A DNA stretch of 58,647 nucleotides, counting the filler, from Circinaria calcarea (lineage: Eukaryota), in assembly GCA_051942165.1 (NCBI GenBank). It is 3 parts of 3 records of this genome, joined end to end, with 100 filler letters (N's around TTAATTAATTAA, not from the genome) between each part and the next. Parts side by side here need not be neighbours in the genome. Positions count along the whole stretch, not along the records: positions 19,611 to 39,119 come from JAVECS010000205.1; 2 more parts are not named here. One strand, written 5' to 3'. Below, piece after piece: positions 24,746 to 36,529 of this stretch (positions are counted from its first letter, which is position 1; every line of letters begins with the position of its first letter). The position numbers and the translations under genes are program-made. The notes beneath the pieces were generated by a model, which was not told the DNA's origin, ran no database searches, and saw only the letters and a list, made by a program, of their open reading frames with translations.

Positions 24746-25773
24746 CCTCTATATATAAAATACTGTTCCGAAACGAACACCATTTTTCAGATTCACGAAC
24801 CCTCGAAAAATGTAAGGATCCTTTACGAATAGTATAATAATCTTACGAAAAGGGGTCGGTAAACTATATGATAATGAGCTCAATGGGTTCGTATAACGTA
24901 TGAATTATTGCTAAAGAATTCTTGTCAAATTTTTGCGGTTAGCTCCTCGGGCCTATGCTATTCCGAGTGCCCACACACACACATATGGGAGGTTTTGGTG
25001 AATCTGTAAGAAATTTGTTATGTACGGCAGCCCGGCACCGAGACACTAAACTTAATATCTCAAAGTCTAAGTAGTAGGGTAGCCTTGCTAGCTTAGAATC
25101 TATATCCTCGTATTGGTCAGAAGAAGCCAGCTAGTGTAATATAGCTCCGTTGTAGAATAACAATGGAGCTATGTAAGGCTAGGCAGGGGCTCTATCGCGA
25201 GCAGGGTATGGATTGGCTGGAGTATAATTAATCCGCGCCTACATAACATTCTCCGAGCATAACAAAAATCCACCAAAACCTCCCAATAGATAGATTCTCT
25301 CGCTGCATGCAAGATGTAATATAGCAATCATATATATAGTTGTAGCAGGAATTATTCTCTCACTCCTTTATCGATTCCACATAGTGACGCCGTAGCTTGA
25401 TAATTCTCGTGTAACGTTTCGCGAAGAAAACCTTTCTCGTTAAATTAACACCTTATAATCTCGGTGTATAGTTCACCCGTAGGGTTCGTAGGGGGTTCTC
25501 GGGTAGAGCCCTCACAGCGAGTTTATATATAAAAATAATTTAAAATTTAAAAAAAATCACGAATTATTTTCTCTTCTTAAGATAGAATAAATTAAAATTT
25601 TAATTAATTATAACTTACTACTAGATTTAATGCATACTGAATATTTAATAAAAAAAAAGGCCTTTATAGGTGTAGAGAAATAATAAGATTTATAGTTTTT
25701 CGAGATGGTTTTTCGAGGGGCCGTGAATCCGAAAAATAATGTTCGTTTTGGAATAGTATTTTATATACGAGGG
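24746..25773. mobile_element. Non-autonomous TIR DNA transposon (Tc1/mariner-like), 1028 bp, RIP-like decay
   Basis: 65-bp TIRs at 24746-24810 and 25709-25773 match at 54/65 positions, and 10 of the 11 differences are transitions. TA flanks both ends (24744-24745, 25774-25775). The interior is AT-rich with no transposase ORF. Confidence 0.85.
24986..25285. mobile_element. Putative nested MITE (300 bp)
   Basis: Perfect 15-bp inverted repeat TGGGAGGTTTTGGTG (24986-25000) / CACCAAAACCTCCCA (25271-25285); no clean TSD. Confidence 0.55.
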
Positions 25774-26033
25774 TATAATTACTTGTTGACTTCCGTGCAA
25801 TCGTTTGTTTTTTTATTAGTGTTTTTTAGACTTTGCATATCCGCTTCTTCGGAGCACCTCCGGAAACATGGTATTTTCAATAGATGATTTAGTGGAAGCA
25901 CGAGAGCAGAAGTGGTACAAAGGTTATGTTCACTCTATAGTCTCGCCAAGACAGACTAGGCTCAGCTAGACTAGACTATTTTTGTATGTGCCAATGCAGA
26001 TTGTTCTGCAACAATCATCTTTCTTTCCTTCCT

Positions 26034-26824
26034 CTACCAGGTCAGCGCTTCTCCCTTATGACCCCACATCCTTCCACCGTGTGTCGCCTTGGTAGCCTTC
26101 TCGATCAAAGATACCATGCCGTCACAAGAATCCTCCAAGGTAGTAGCAGCCTCCTTCATGCCAAAGTATTGGGCTCCTGCATTGCCCAAGTCCGTCTGGA
26201 CCCATCCAGGACTGACGACAAACGCGGCAAGCTTCTCCTCCTCGACATCGATTCTCTTTGTCAACCAGTGAGCTGCAGCCTTCGAAGGCGCGTAGGCGGC
26301 ATTGGGGATGGGCAGCATATCCCTGTTTATATAAGTCCAAGCTGTGGTTCGAAAAGAGGAGCATGTTCTTACACGAGACCTCCTGCGGTAGAGCCCATGG
26401 TGATGAACTTGGGATTGGCGGACTTCTGGAGAAGTGGCAGCGCGGCCTGGTACAGCCACACGGTGCCGTAGACGTTCGGCTCGATGTGCGCCCTCAGATC
26501 TGAGACTTTGAGGGCGGCAACGCTGGGCCAGACGTACGAGACGCCGGCGTTGGCGATGACGATATCGAGGTGGTCGATGCCATGCTTCGCCGTGAGAGTC
26601 TTGACGGCTTCGGATGCATCTGCTTCGGCCGAGGCGTCGACCTTGACAACGATCAAGCGACTGCCGGGGCCTGTGGGAAGCTCGGAAAGTGCCTTGGAGG
26701 AAGAGGCTTCGGGATCGCGGTTGGCGGCGATCACGACATGGTCGGGTTTGGCCAGGTAGCGCTGGACAAGGCCTTTGCCCAGTCCTCTGTTGGCACCGCT
26801 GACGAGAACGACGGTAGGAGACAT
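26034..26824 (-). CDS. Short-chain dehydrogenase/ketoreductase (Nor-1/AflD-like SDR), 2 exons, 246 aa
   Basis: SGANRGLG Rossmann motif, IANAG, and catalytic YAPSK after intron 26372-26323, then SPGWVQTDLGN. Confidence 0.92.
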
Positions 26825-27460
26825 CTTGTATGTTGGGAATATGCAAAACGAGATGAGTTTCGGGCTTGAGGAGTGGGAAATGGGAGGATGTGGGTGCAGC
26901 AAGCTATAAGTAAGGGTAGCTCTTTTCGCTCAGTGCAAGATGGTCTGGCGTCAGGAGCGCGCTGGCGATGTTTGTCCATTGACTCCTGGGTCACGAGCAC
27001 AAAGAAAGCACAATAACGCTTTCGTCACCAAATGGAATGTGAAGCATTGCTGATCACGGGTTGGTAATGTCTGCGCATCCAACATACGGCTTCGTAGGTG
27101 CTTACGTCGATCGTGTCAACAACTATGAATGGGTGCTGATTCTATCGCGATTACTAAATGGAGCTTTCCAAGATGCCGTCGGCTGTCAGATGCAGGGGGT
27201 CCAGCACGTGGGGGCGAGCTTAGCTGACATAGAAGGCAGGGTACAGACTATAGATAAGCATTGGAGGCAGGGGCATAAGCATCTTGGGGGATCATCGATT
27301 CCGCCGTTCCCGTGTTGGCGATGACTACCCTGCATATGCAGGAAGCGAGGATGCAAATAATGAAATCATGCTCAGCGAAAGTGGCCGGCCGAAGCCACAA
27401 TCATATAGAACTTCCCAAACGGCAGTGGAGAAGCTTCAATGGACACCAAAGGATACCGCC

Positions 27461-28736
27461 ATGGCCCTCAGGAATCTCCTCGCTCTCACTGCAGTCCAGG
27501 GTTGCACCGTGCTCCTGGTTCTTGCCTTCACCTCCCCAGATGCGCTCATTCGGCCCGCCTTGCTTCCTCTGCTTGCTGCGCTTACCTTTTACACTCTCCC
27601 AGTGATTGCCGACAGCTTCTCTCTCCCCGATCTCATTTCCTTCTGCGCACACAACAGCATCGGTTGCCTTTTCCAATACATCGACTTTGCTCTCATCAGC
27701 CGATGGTCTTTCGCCGCGCGTGGCCCGACCTCTGCAGCCGGCGGCCAGCGCAATGCCAGACTCTCCGCCACGGCGCGCAAGGAGCTGGACCCCAGGACTG
27801 GAAGCCTTGCGGACCGTCTCCAATGGGCTTTTTTCGCCACAACCGCTTTACGTGCTCCAAACACCCCTTGGGAGGTCAAGGGTACCCCGACTTATTACCG
27901 CAGTGATCCAGCACGGCTTCCCACCCGCGCCCGCTTTCTCTTTGACGACGCACTGAGTCTCGCATTGTGCATGCTTCTTCGCTATGCCGCGGTCTCGGCG
28001 GGTGGCCTCCTCTTATCAGCGAAGGCTGATGCCTTTGCGAATGCTGGCTTCTTCTCGCGCTGGAGCGACATCTCTACCGAGGACGTAAAGACGAGGATTG
28101 TCCTGACGCTTGTGTGTTGGACTATCATGTATTGCAACCTCACAGCATTCCATGCCCTTCTTGGGTTCATCAGCGTGGCGACGGGGCTTACAAGCGTTTA
28201 TGTATGGAAACCTCTGTTCGGATCAGTCACAGAGGCTACGTCCGTTCGTCAATTCTGGGGGTAAGTCCCGCTCCGCTCGCCACTTTCCTCTGACCAGCGA
28301 TTCTGCCAAATCAGCAGGCTGTTTGCATGCCATACCCGATTACTGAAGACTACGTGACAGAAATTTCTGGCATCAGGCTCTTCGGCAACGGATCGGTGCC
28401 CCGGCTTATTACATCACGTACTCCGTATTAGGACTGCGGAAAGGGGGTCTTGCCGCTAGATATACCAACATCCTACTCGCCTTCGCAGTTTCCGGCGTCA
28501 TGCATACCCTCGAGGAGACTTGCACGGGGGTTTCTTTGCAGGAAAGCGGTTCGATGCGCTTCTTCTGCACGCAAGCTTTGGGCATTGTGCTCGAGGATGC
28601 TGTGCAAAGCGTCTTCCATTGGCTGGTAGCTCGGCGGCCCCGTTGGTGGAGTAACGCTGTAGGATATGTTTGGCTTGCGTGTTGGATGACTTGGTCGTCT
28701 GCGGCATGGCTGTTTCCGAAGATGCGTAATAGGTGA
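27461..28736 (+). CDS. Membrane-bound O-acyltransferase (MBOAT_2, Tri7/wax-synthase-like), 2 exons
   Basis: Multiple transmembrane segments. WKPLFGS...SVRQFWG joins NFWHQ across intron 28261-28340. AFAVSGVMH carries the catalytic His, followed by FFCTQALGIVLED. Confidence 0.88.
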
Positions 28737-30135
28737 TAGAAGTAGATGGTGCGGTGACGGACCGCCGCAAATCGAAAAAAAACTCTACCAACCTAGAATC
28801 AAGGGTTTTTCTCCAAGTCACTGCACCCTTTCAAAAAACCGAAAAAGAAATTCAAGACCCCTCGTTGAAGAGCTTCTCAATTCTGAACCCTTTGCTTTTT
28901 GAGAAGCCGTCGTGCAGATGATTCCCCACTCCTTTGCAACGGGGTCGGCGAGTAGGTAAATTTGTTCATTTGGAGAGGTTCTTTACTCATCCGCCCTCTT
29001 TAGAGGTCTGGATTGACCTGACTCGAACTGATGGCCACTCTAGCCATCCCTAATGCGTTTTGTCCCTCGCGCCTCCTCCCTGACGCGTTTCCTGCATTTT
29101 CAATGGCACTGCCTGACACTGATGACAGGATGCAGAGCTTCTCTTGTCGTGATGAGGGTATATGCTCGAATAGCGGCCAAGCCTCGAAGGGCGGAGAGAG
29201 ATTCCGATCGGTTGAGAGCGTTGCTGGTCTTGGACACCGACATGGCTGTAAGCTGGAAGAGTGACCCCTTACCGTCTCTTTCGAATGATGGAAAAGTCAT
29301 GCCGATGAGACTTCTGGCATTCAAGGGATCGATAACTTCCTTTATGGACAAGTGCACGATTGCTCGTCGGGTGCGTTGATGAGTAACATTACTTTTCGTA
29401 TATCATTAACTAGTACCATTGTTGTTGGACTTTGATGTTATTATGCTTGCCTAGAGATCTCATGCCTCGCCGTCCTACTAGGTGTCTCGATATATTCCAC
29501 TTCAGCAGCCACAGACCAGGATCTTTTCTTTAAGAATTTCGGGACTAGAAATGGTTGGGTCATTCCCACCGGCACGGAGTACTTTAATAAATATAAATAC
29601 ACGTGCTTATAATTTATTTCTCAAATTTTCGCCGGTTGCGCACAATTTTAATAACTCGCGTGTTAATAGATATATGCTCGGCTTCTTCAAAAAGCGTATG
29701 CAATTATCTCGGCGTAAACTTAACATATATGGAGCTGTACATAATCTTGTGTAGGGTGGCCGCATGATCTTAGTTATCCAACTGCCGGCCTAAATCTACC
29801 TGCGATGCACCGAGCTCTACGATAGGTAAGAAATCCCTCAGATATTAGTGTCAATTAGGGTGCGATCTTCAAAGCGGAGAATTTGTATGCGTGAAGTTTT
29901 GGGGTTCCGGCCTTTTAGCGGGCACTAGTACTTCCTATTCTGGCTGAATAAGCCACTCCTTATCAATCTTCATATTTTATATTAAATAGTATCAATAATT
30001 GTAGCACAACGTACAAATACCCGGCTATTAGGAAGAGATATTGGATATAAGCTAATATTATTCAGAAAAGATTTGCGTTACCTACTAGATCCCCGCTAAT
30101 ATCCCTTATATAAACCCCCTCGTGGAATAGGAGGA

Positions 30136-31551
30136 ATGACAACAATAGACGCCAACGAGGCTAGAGTGCTCGTTCACGCGGAGCGTCGAAAGATTCAGAA
30201 CAGGAATGCACAGCGCAAATACCGCAGTAAATAACCCATTTCATAAAGCTTCGGTCGCCCCACCAGCGGCTGATATAGCATAGACAGACGGAATCAGCAC
30301 CGCATCGAACAAGCCTCACAGCCGCAAGAACTCCCACAACCACAACAGCAGCCGCAGCAAGCGCAGCAAGGTCCACTGGATCAACTATGGGCTCATCAAC
30401 AAGGATACCAAGCGCCATCTGGCAGCGGATCATGGAGCTGGACCTATAATCCGCCGCCGCAAAACACATCCATAATATCTATAAGTGGGCCGCAGATACC
30501 AGAAACTGGATACAACGCGGCGATGGTGAATCAAATGGCAAGGAACGAGAGTATAGCTAGTCATACGACGAACGCTTTCGACCTGAACTACTCCCCTTCC
30601 GCAGCGGAACTTAACACGCAGTCTTACCAGTCCGACCTTACCAAATTCGTGTCCCATGAGATTCCAACCCCGTTCTCCATGAACGCGCCCGCATTCGGTT
30701 CTTTAGACTCCTCACATGGCTTGGACACATATGGCTCGACCACCGCAGCCTTGAACATCACGAGCAATGTCCCTTTACCTCCGACTACCATCTCCAGAGC
30801 GACGACTCCATTCACGGACTATGAATCCTTCCGGCCTAATGGCGATTCACAAAGCCAGAAGGCATCCACTGACGAGCAGCTGAACACTTACATAAGGCAA
30901 GGCTCGTCCATGATCTCTAATCAAACCACCACCACCGGTCCGCTCGTCACCAACCCCACGGCTAGCCATAGCAACTCTCAGTCACCTTCCCAGCCCAGTC
31001 CCAACAACGCCATCATCCCAGCCCAGGACACATTACCCATCTTACACATCGCTTCTCTCCGCGGTCATGCATCCATAGTCACAATGCTGCTTTCCCAGCC
31101 CCACTCCAGCTCCATCGACACCCACGAGCGTGATCACTCCGGCCGGACCGCGCTGCACCTAGCTGCCATGAATGGGCACGAATCCGTTGCTCGGCTTCTG
31201 ATCAACCATAACGCTCGAGCGGAACAGGACTCGTCCCAACACCGCCGGTCCAGCTCATCCTCGGACGCCACCGACGAGCATTCGACCTCGTCATTCATCA
31301 ACGCGAGTGACACGCTCGGGCGCACGCCACTGCATTGGGCCGCGCTACAGAAACACCAGCATGTGCTCAACGTGCTGTTAGACCACGGGGCGAATGTCAA
31401 CTGCGCCGACGCCAAGGACTGGACGCCGTTGCATGCCGCGGCGGAGCGAGGGTGGGCGCTAGGGGTGGAGAGTCTGTTGAGGAAAGGGGCGGACTTGAGT
31501 CTCAAGGCGAGGAAATGTGAGCTCTGGATGGCGGAGGAGCCAAGGGACTAG
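30136..31551 (+). CDS. bANK transcription factor (bZIP-type basic region plus 4 ankyrin repeats; TOXE/APS2-like)
   Basis: Exon 1 (30136-30226) encodes ERRKIQNRNAQRKYR. Intron 30227-30283 splices into an open frame running into the 30523 ORF. A Q/P-rich tract replaces the leucine zipper. Four ankyrin repeats: LHIAS, GRTALHLAA, GRTPLHWAA, WTPLHAAA. Confidence 0.85.
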
Positions 31552-32683
31552 AGGAGTCCAGAGGCAAGAAGGAAAGGAGGGAGTTCGGGACGGCTTACAC
31601 GGGGTATTAGAAAACGCTTAGACGGAAGCTAGTGGCAACTGGCAAGGACATTATAGAACTATAAAGCTGAGTTTGACCGCCTTGACCATTCGAGCAGTGT
31701 TTATGCACTCGTCTACGGATCCCTAGCAAATAGGCAATGGAAACTTGTAAAAGCACGTGCATTCTCCATCGGGTACCTTACATATGTGTAGGTAGGGCAC
31801 AGCAAGGTACCTAGGTCCACGCACCGGTATATCCAAGACTGTTATAGCAGTGGAGCATGCAAAAACGTTCCAGCCGTGATGGGATAGCCTGGCCTGGACG
31901 CCATGTCGGCGCAGAGAGGTCCTAGCTCTTGTGGGGTGTATAGAGTAATCTAGACCCAATATGCGGCTGATGACGGAATTCTGTTGAGCTCGGTCGACAG
32001 CATATATAGTAACATGCGAGTCCTGTCTGAGGAGAGAATATTAAGATACTATAAGTAAAATACCTTAGTAGCGTCCGTCCCTAGGTGGAAGAAACCCACC
32101 ATACCGAGACGAGTCCATAATTTAAAGGTCTCAAATTTCTCCCTCGCGAGTATATAGAATTATTAATAATATATTATCAGAACATGGTCAGGTCGTGAGG
32201 CATCTTCGATCAGTCTTTTCTTCTTACGTACTATATGAAATACGAAGCCTTGGGGTAACTACTCAGTAACGCCCACTTTCGGTTGGAAGATGCCTCGCTA
32301 AGCCCTGAGAACGGAGAAATCCGCCTTACTCCGGTGGGCTAGCGCCAGGCCGAGAATAGTATCCTTTCCCTTTCCTGACCTCCGCCACTCCCCTGCCAAG
32401 CGGTGCAATCACGGCTTCTTGTTGGCGAGCTCATGGCTAAGGAGAATGGCTGTGATGGTGCTGTTGCTTGCCGTCACATTGAGATGGAAAGTCTGGAGTT
32501 AGCTTTGAACGGCGTGGTCCTTGGCTGTGTATTTATGTATCACTCGTTTGTTTGATCTTCATCTTCACGCTCCCTTTGTCACTCTTTGAAGATAGTCACT
32601 CGCTCACCATCCACCCAAACTATTCATTCTACTGGAATATCCCCCCTGGCAGACCACTCTCACTTGCTAGATTGGTGGTAAAG

Positions 32684-33680
32684 ATGATCTTCAATCCTAC
32701 ATCCCGCGTCAGAGTTCGCGATGCCGAGAGACTCTGGCTTGCGAAATTCATCCTCCGCATCATCACTCTACTCCTCGGTCTGCTAGCTATAGGCTGTACA
32801 GCATGGGCGTTTGATTCATCTACTGGCCGCTATGTGGATTCTTTTAGGCGATCTACTCGCCGCTATTTGGAAGCTAACCGGTGGTTACTGCCGTGGCAGT
32901 TTATCACTGTAAGTCGATGTGATCCTTCATTCAAGCCAGACCCGATCCCTAACTCCCTTTCAACCAGCTCGGCATCTCCGTCGTCTGGAACATTGCCAAT
33001 TTAATCGTCCGCCTATGTCGCCCTCGACCGATGCATCCTGGTGCCAATGTTGGCATGGATCTCATCCTATGGCTAGGTCTAATAGTGACAGGACTGCTTG
33101 CTCTATTCGCTGGGTTAGGAAACCTATACAGTCAACGCGAGCTGGGCAGTCGATTGAACCAACTTGGCGTGGTCGAACTAGTCGGATCTACCTTTACCTT
33201 TCTGGCCGTGTATGTTCCGCTGTTTCCCTCGTCGAAAATTCGTCTTGCTAATGACAGCCTGCAAACAGCCTCCTTCACTTCACCCTCTTCGTCTGGGCCT
33301 GCGTCGACGTTCAACGCCGCAACAACGGAATTGTCGACCGTCGCGCCGCCGCAATCGCACAAAACCTCATTGCCGAAATGGCGGAACGAGGCGTCCTTCC
33401 CTCGGGCCACCAATCGCAATTTCAGCAGCACGCAACGCCCTCACTTGCTCCTGAAGGGATCCATGTGAGAGAATCGTCTCCTTATGATCTCAGTTCGAGG
33501 GAATCAATGCCTCTAAGGCATCCTACCGACAGAGGAGGTCCGATGGGAAAGAGATCATATATGCCCGTTTCGACAAATGAGATGGATTCGTCATTTCCCG
33601 CACCTCCGAGGAAACATCCTGGGAGAGAGACAGCGAGTGAGGATTCCGTTCGGGGGATCGAGAGGGGGGAAATTGTATAA
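32684..33680 (+). CDS. Four-TM MARVEL-like membrane protein (3 exons)
   Basis: KFILRIITLLLGLLAIG, WNIANL and HPGANVGMDLILW. Introns at about 32909-32967 and 33210-33268 have CTAAC/CTAAT branch sites. Confidence 0.75.
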
Positions 33681-34058
33681 ACTGAACTCTGGTCGAGGTT
33701 TTAAGGAGCATTCACGAAAACCGTATATACCCTTGTGCTTCTCGTTGATGATACCCGCTGGGGAATGGTGAGGGAGATTATTCTGGAAGCATTGCGTTGT
33801 CACGATTTCGATACCCCCTGAATCACATCTTGGCCGATTTTGTTTGAGAAAGCGGTACGAGGGGAGAGGGGCTCTACAGTTTCGACTCCAGTAAAAAAAA
33901 ACAGTCTGAAACTCAATAATGAATGGTCAGGATTCCCCCGTCCCCCCTGTTATCGCGTGTGGCATTGGTCCGTTGGTTACGGCATATTTCTTGACTACGT
34001 GCATTTGACTGTCCACTTGCCCTCCACCGCCTTTCTCCACGTCAGCTATACTACGCTT

Positions 34059-34094
34059 ATGCTCATGCTCATGCTAATGCTAATGCTAATGCTA
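34059..34094 (+). repeat. Hexanucleotide microsatellite (ATGCTM)6
   Basis: (ATGCTC)2(ATGCTA)4. Confidence 0.9.
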
Positions 34095-34614
34095 ACCCTA
34101 CTAAATTCTAAACTCTAACTCTCAATCCTAATTCTAAAGTCACCAAACCCCCAACCAAGTTGCATCCGGAAAAACTGTTTTCGAGTCACCGGGGAACCAC
34201 TTTTTCTGGGTTTTTTTTGGTTTTGTTTTCTCATATAAGGGAAGGGGAGGGAAGGGGAGGGTAGGGTAGGTAGTCCCGGGGATGGACTCGATGGAGTGGG
34301 TAGTGGCTGGGTTGGATTGGATCGATGGGGTAGGGAATGGGGAGGAAGTCCGGGAGGGAGAAGCTCACATTTGCAGTTTCCAAATAACACTCGGCTCTTA
34401 TTTCCTTCCTACCTATCCTCTCCGTGTTTTTCTAGCTTTCTCCGGCGGATCATTGTCTTTCTCTTCTCTTTCTCCGCTTTACTCTTTCTTCACTTCTACT
34501 CCTCCTGCTCACGGTACTAGAAGATCACAAATCCTTGTCTTCGTCCTCGTCCTTGTATCTGAAAGTAAAAGTCCCTGGTTGGGGGAGGAGGGGGGACTCG
34601 GAAACTCGGATCAC

Positions 34615-34650
<36 letters not shown>
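34615..34650 (+). repeat. Hexanucleotide microsatellite (GAGCAG)6
   Basis: Six perfect copies. Confidence 0.95.
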
Positions 34651-34651
<1 letters not shown>

Positions 34652-36529
34652 GGGCCTGACCAGGGGGAAAGATGAGAATGGGAATGAGAACGAGATCGAG
34701 GTGTGAGATATGAGGCATGGAATGAGTTTATGAGACGGGGGGTTGCGAAGACGATGGTTGTGCCCTCCCGTTAAAATCCGGATCCGAATCTGGAACGGGG
34801 ATTGAGAATACTGGGTGGGTCCTAGAACTCCGCGTTACTCATCAAACCCCCTTGCTCCCCGCTTGCCCGGGGGTTTTTCGTAAAAATTAGTTTCAGTTTA
34901 GCTCACAGACGAGCTGGGGCAAAGGAAGGCTTCACCCTACCTTGCGGTCCAAAAGGGGCTTCCTTTTTTCTCATTTTTGTGGGGTTAATGGTTGGTTCCC
35001 GAGCAAGTTGGGGGGGGGGGAAGGAGAGAGGGAAGGAGCTCGGTACTGTTTTGGGTCCCTCGGGACTAGGCACTAAGGACTAAGGGGGAGGAAAGAGAGA
35101 GAATGCAACAGGAGGAAGGCGGTAAAATGCTTTGCGTTCTTTACTGCGTCAATTTTCATGTCTATCCGGTAATGTCCGGATCTCTTGCCAACAGGATGAT
35201 AACCTTCAACAACAGAGCGATGCACATCCTACCAGCCTTTCCCCTCATAAATAACTGTCGCGTCGCTATTTGTCTCTCTTCGATTACGGATGAAAAAGCC
35301 CTTGTGGAGGAGCAGGTCCCAGAGGAGTATCGTGGCTCGGAGGAGTCGCAGGGTACACGTCCGGTCGAGACTCATTCGGTTGTACAAACACATGGAAGTT
35401 GAGGGAAACTCGAAGAAAGTCTCGAGAGGCACTCAACATCCTCCAACTTGGTTCGGGTCTCCGGCGGGATGAGATTTGCTAAAGCAACGTTACCAAGTGT
35501 AGCATAGCATTAAGGGGTCCCAAAATTGGCTAGTTAGATAGTAAACTCTGTGCTGCCCTCTGCAGCGTCTCGTTTTCTCTTGAACGCTGCGGAGCGTCTG
35601 TAATTACACCTGGCGAAATGCCCCAAGTATGGCGCACAGCTTCATTAGCAAGCCATGCCTCCTAACAAGATATGTCTTTACTTATAGTTGTCAGCGGGTA
35701 TATTAAATGTTGTGTATCATTAGAACAGTTGATTCCACATATACAGCCAAAATATGCTGAAGGGGATTCAACCATACAGATTCCTATCATCAGTCGTGTG
35801 CCTGCTCCATCTTCTTTGAAGAGGTTGACTGACACATTCGAACAACTAGTACGTATACCAGAAACTCTGATGATGCACATACTATCCCACAACTGTGCAA
35901 GCTTTGAGAGTCCCCCATTATAAAGTGTGCCTACAATATCGAGCTAAATATTATATCATGGCCTAGTCGGCCTTGTTATGGAGCTGAATATGTAGATATC
36001 ACTCTTCACTTCCGCACATGTACATATATTGGAACTGGAACCGGTTGCTCTCAATAGGTTGAGCCTATGCGCTGGTTTGCCTTGACATAGAATAGGGTTT
36101 GATGATGTCCTGTCCATGCCGGTAAAAAGCTATAGCTATTTAATCAGTGTTATTCAAATTTTCAGAGGCATCTTCGTCGTTTACTCCTCTGTTATCACAT
36201 CCACTCAATCTCTCCGGTGTATCGAGACTAGACTGATTCCAGTGGTCGGTCTGCAACACAGTGTATATAAAGCAGTGACCAATCAACTGCCCTAGCACTT
36301 GCAGATTTAACTAATAACTGTTTCGTACCCGATTACGGTGTAACGTTCTGTCGTGACTGCGAACTTTACTGTAGCACATCATTGGGTGTCCCGGGGTCGC
36401 TAGCTTGATTTCTCCGATGCTGAAGGCACTAGCGACATAGACAAGATGCATGTAATCCACTCGTGTGCATAGAAACTGGCGGCAACAACATGTAAACCAT
36501 TCCCTAGCTCTATCTGTCCCAATTTTGAA

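Noticed and set aside
28740..30130. Short ORFs and an AT-rich stretch between the MBOAT and the TF as a possible decayed cluster gene
   Set aside because: No recognisable motif in any frame examined.
34100..35100. Purine/pyrimidine-skewed low-complexity tract with short ORFs
   Set aside because: The ORFs arise from simple repeats and have no coding signature.
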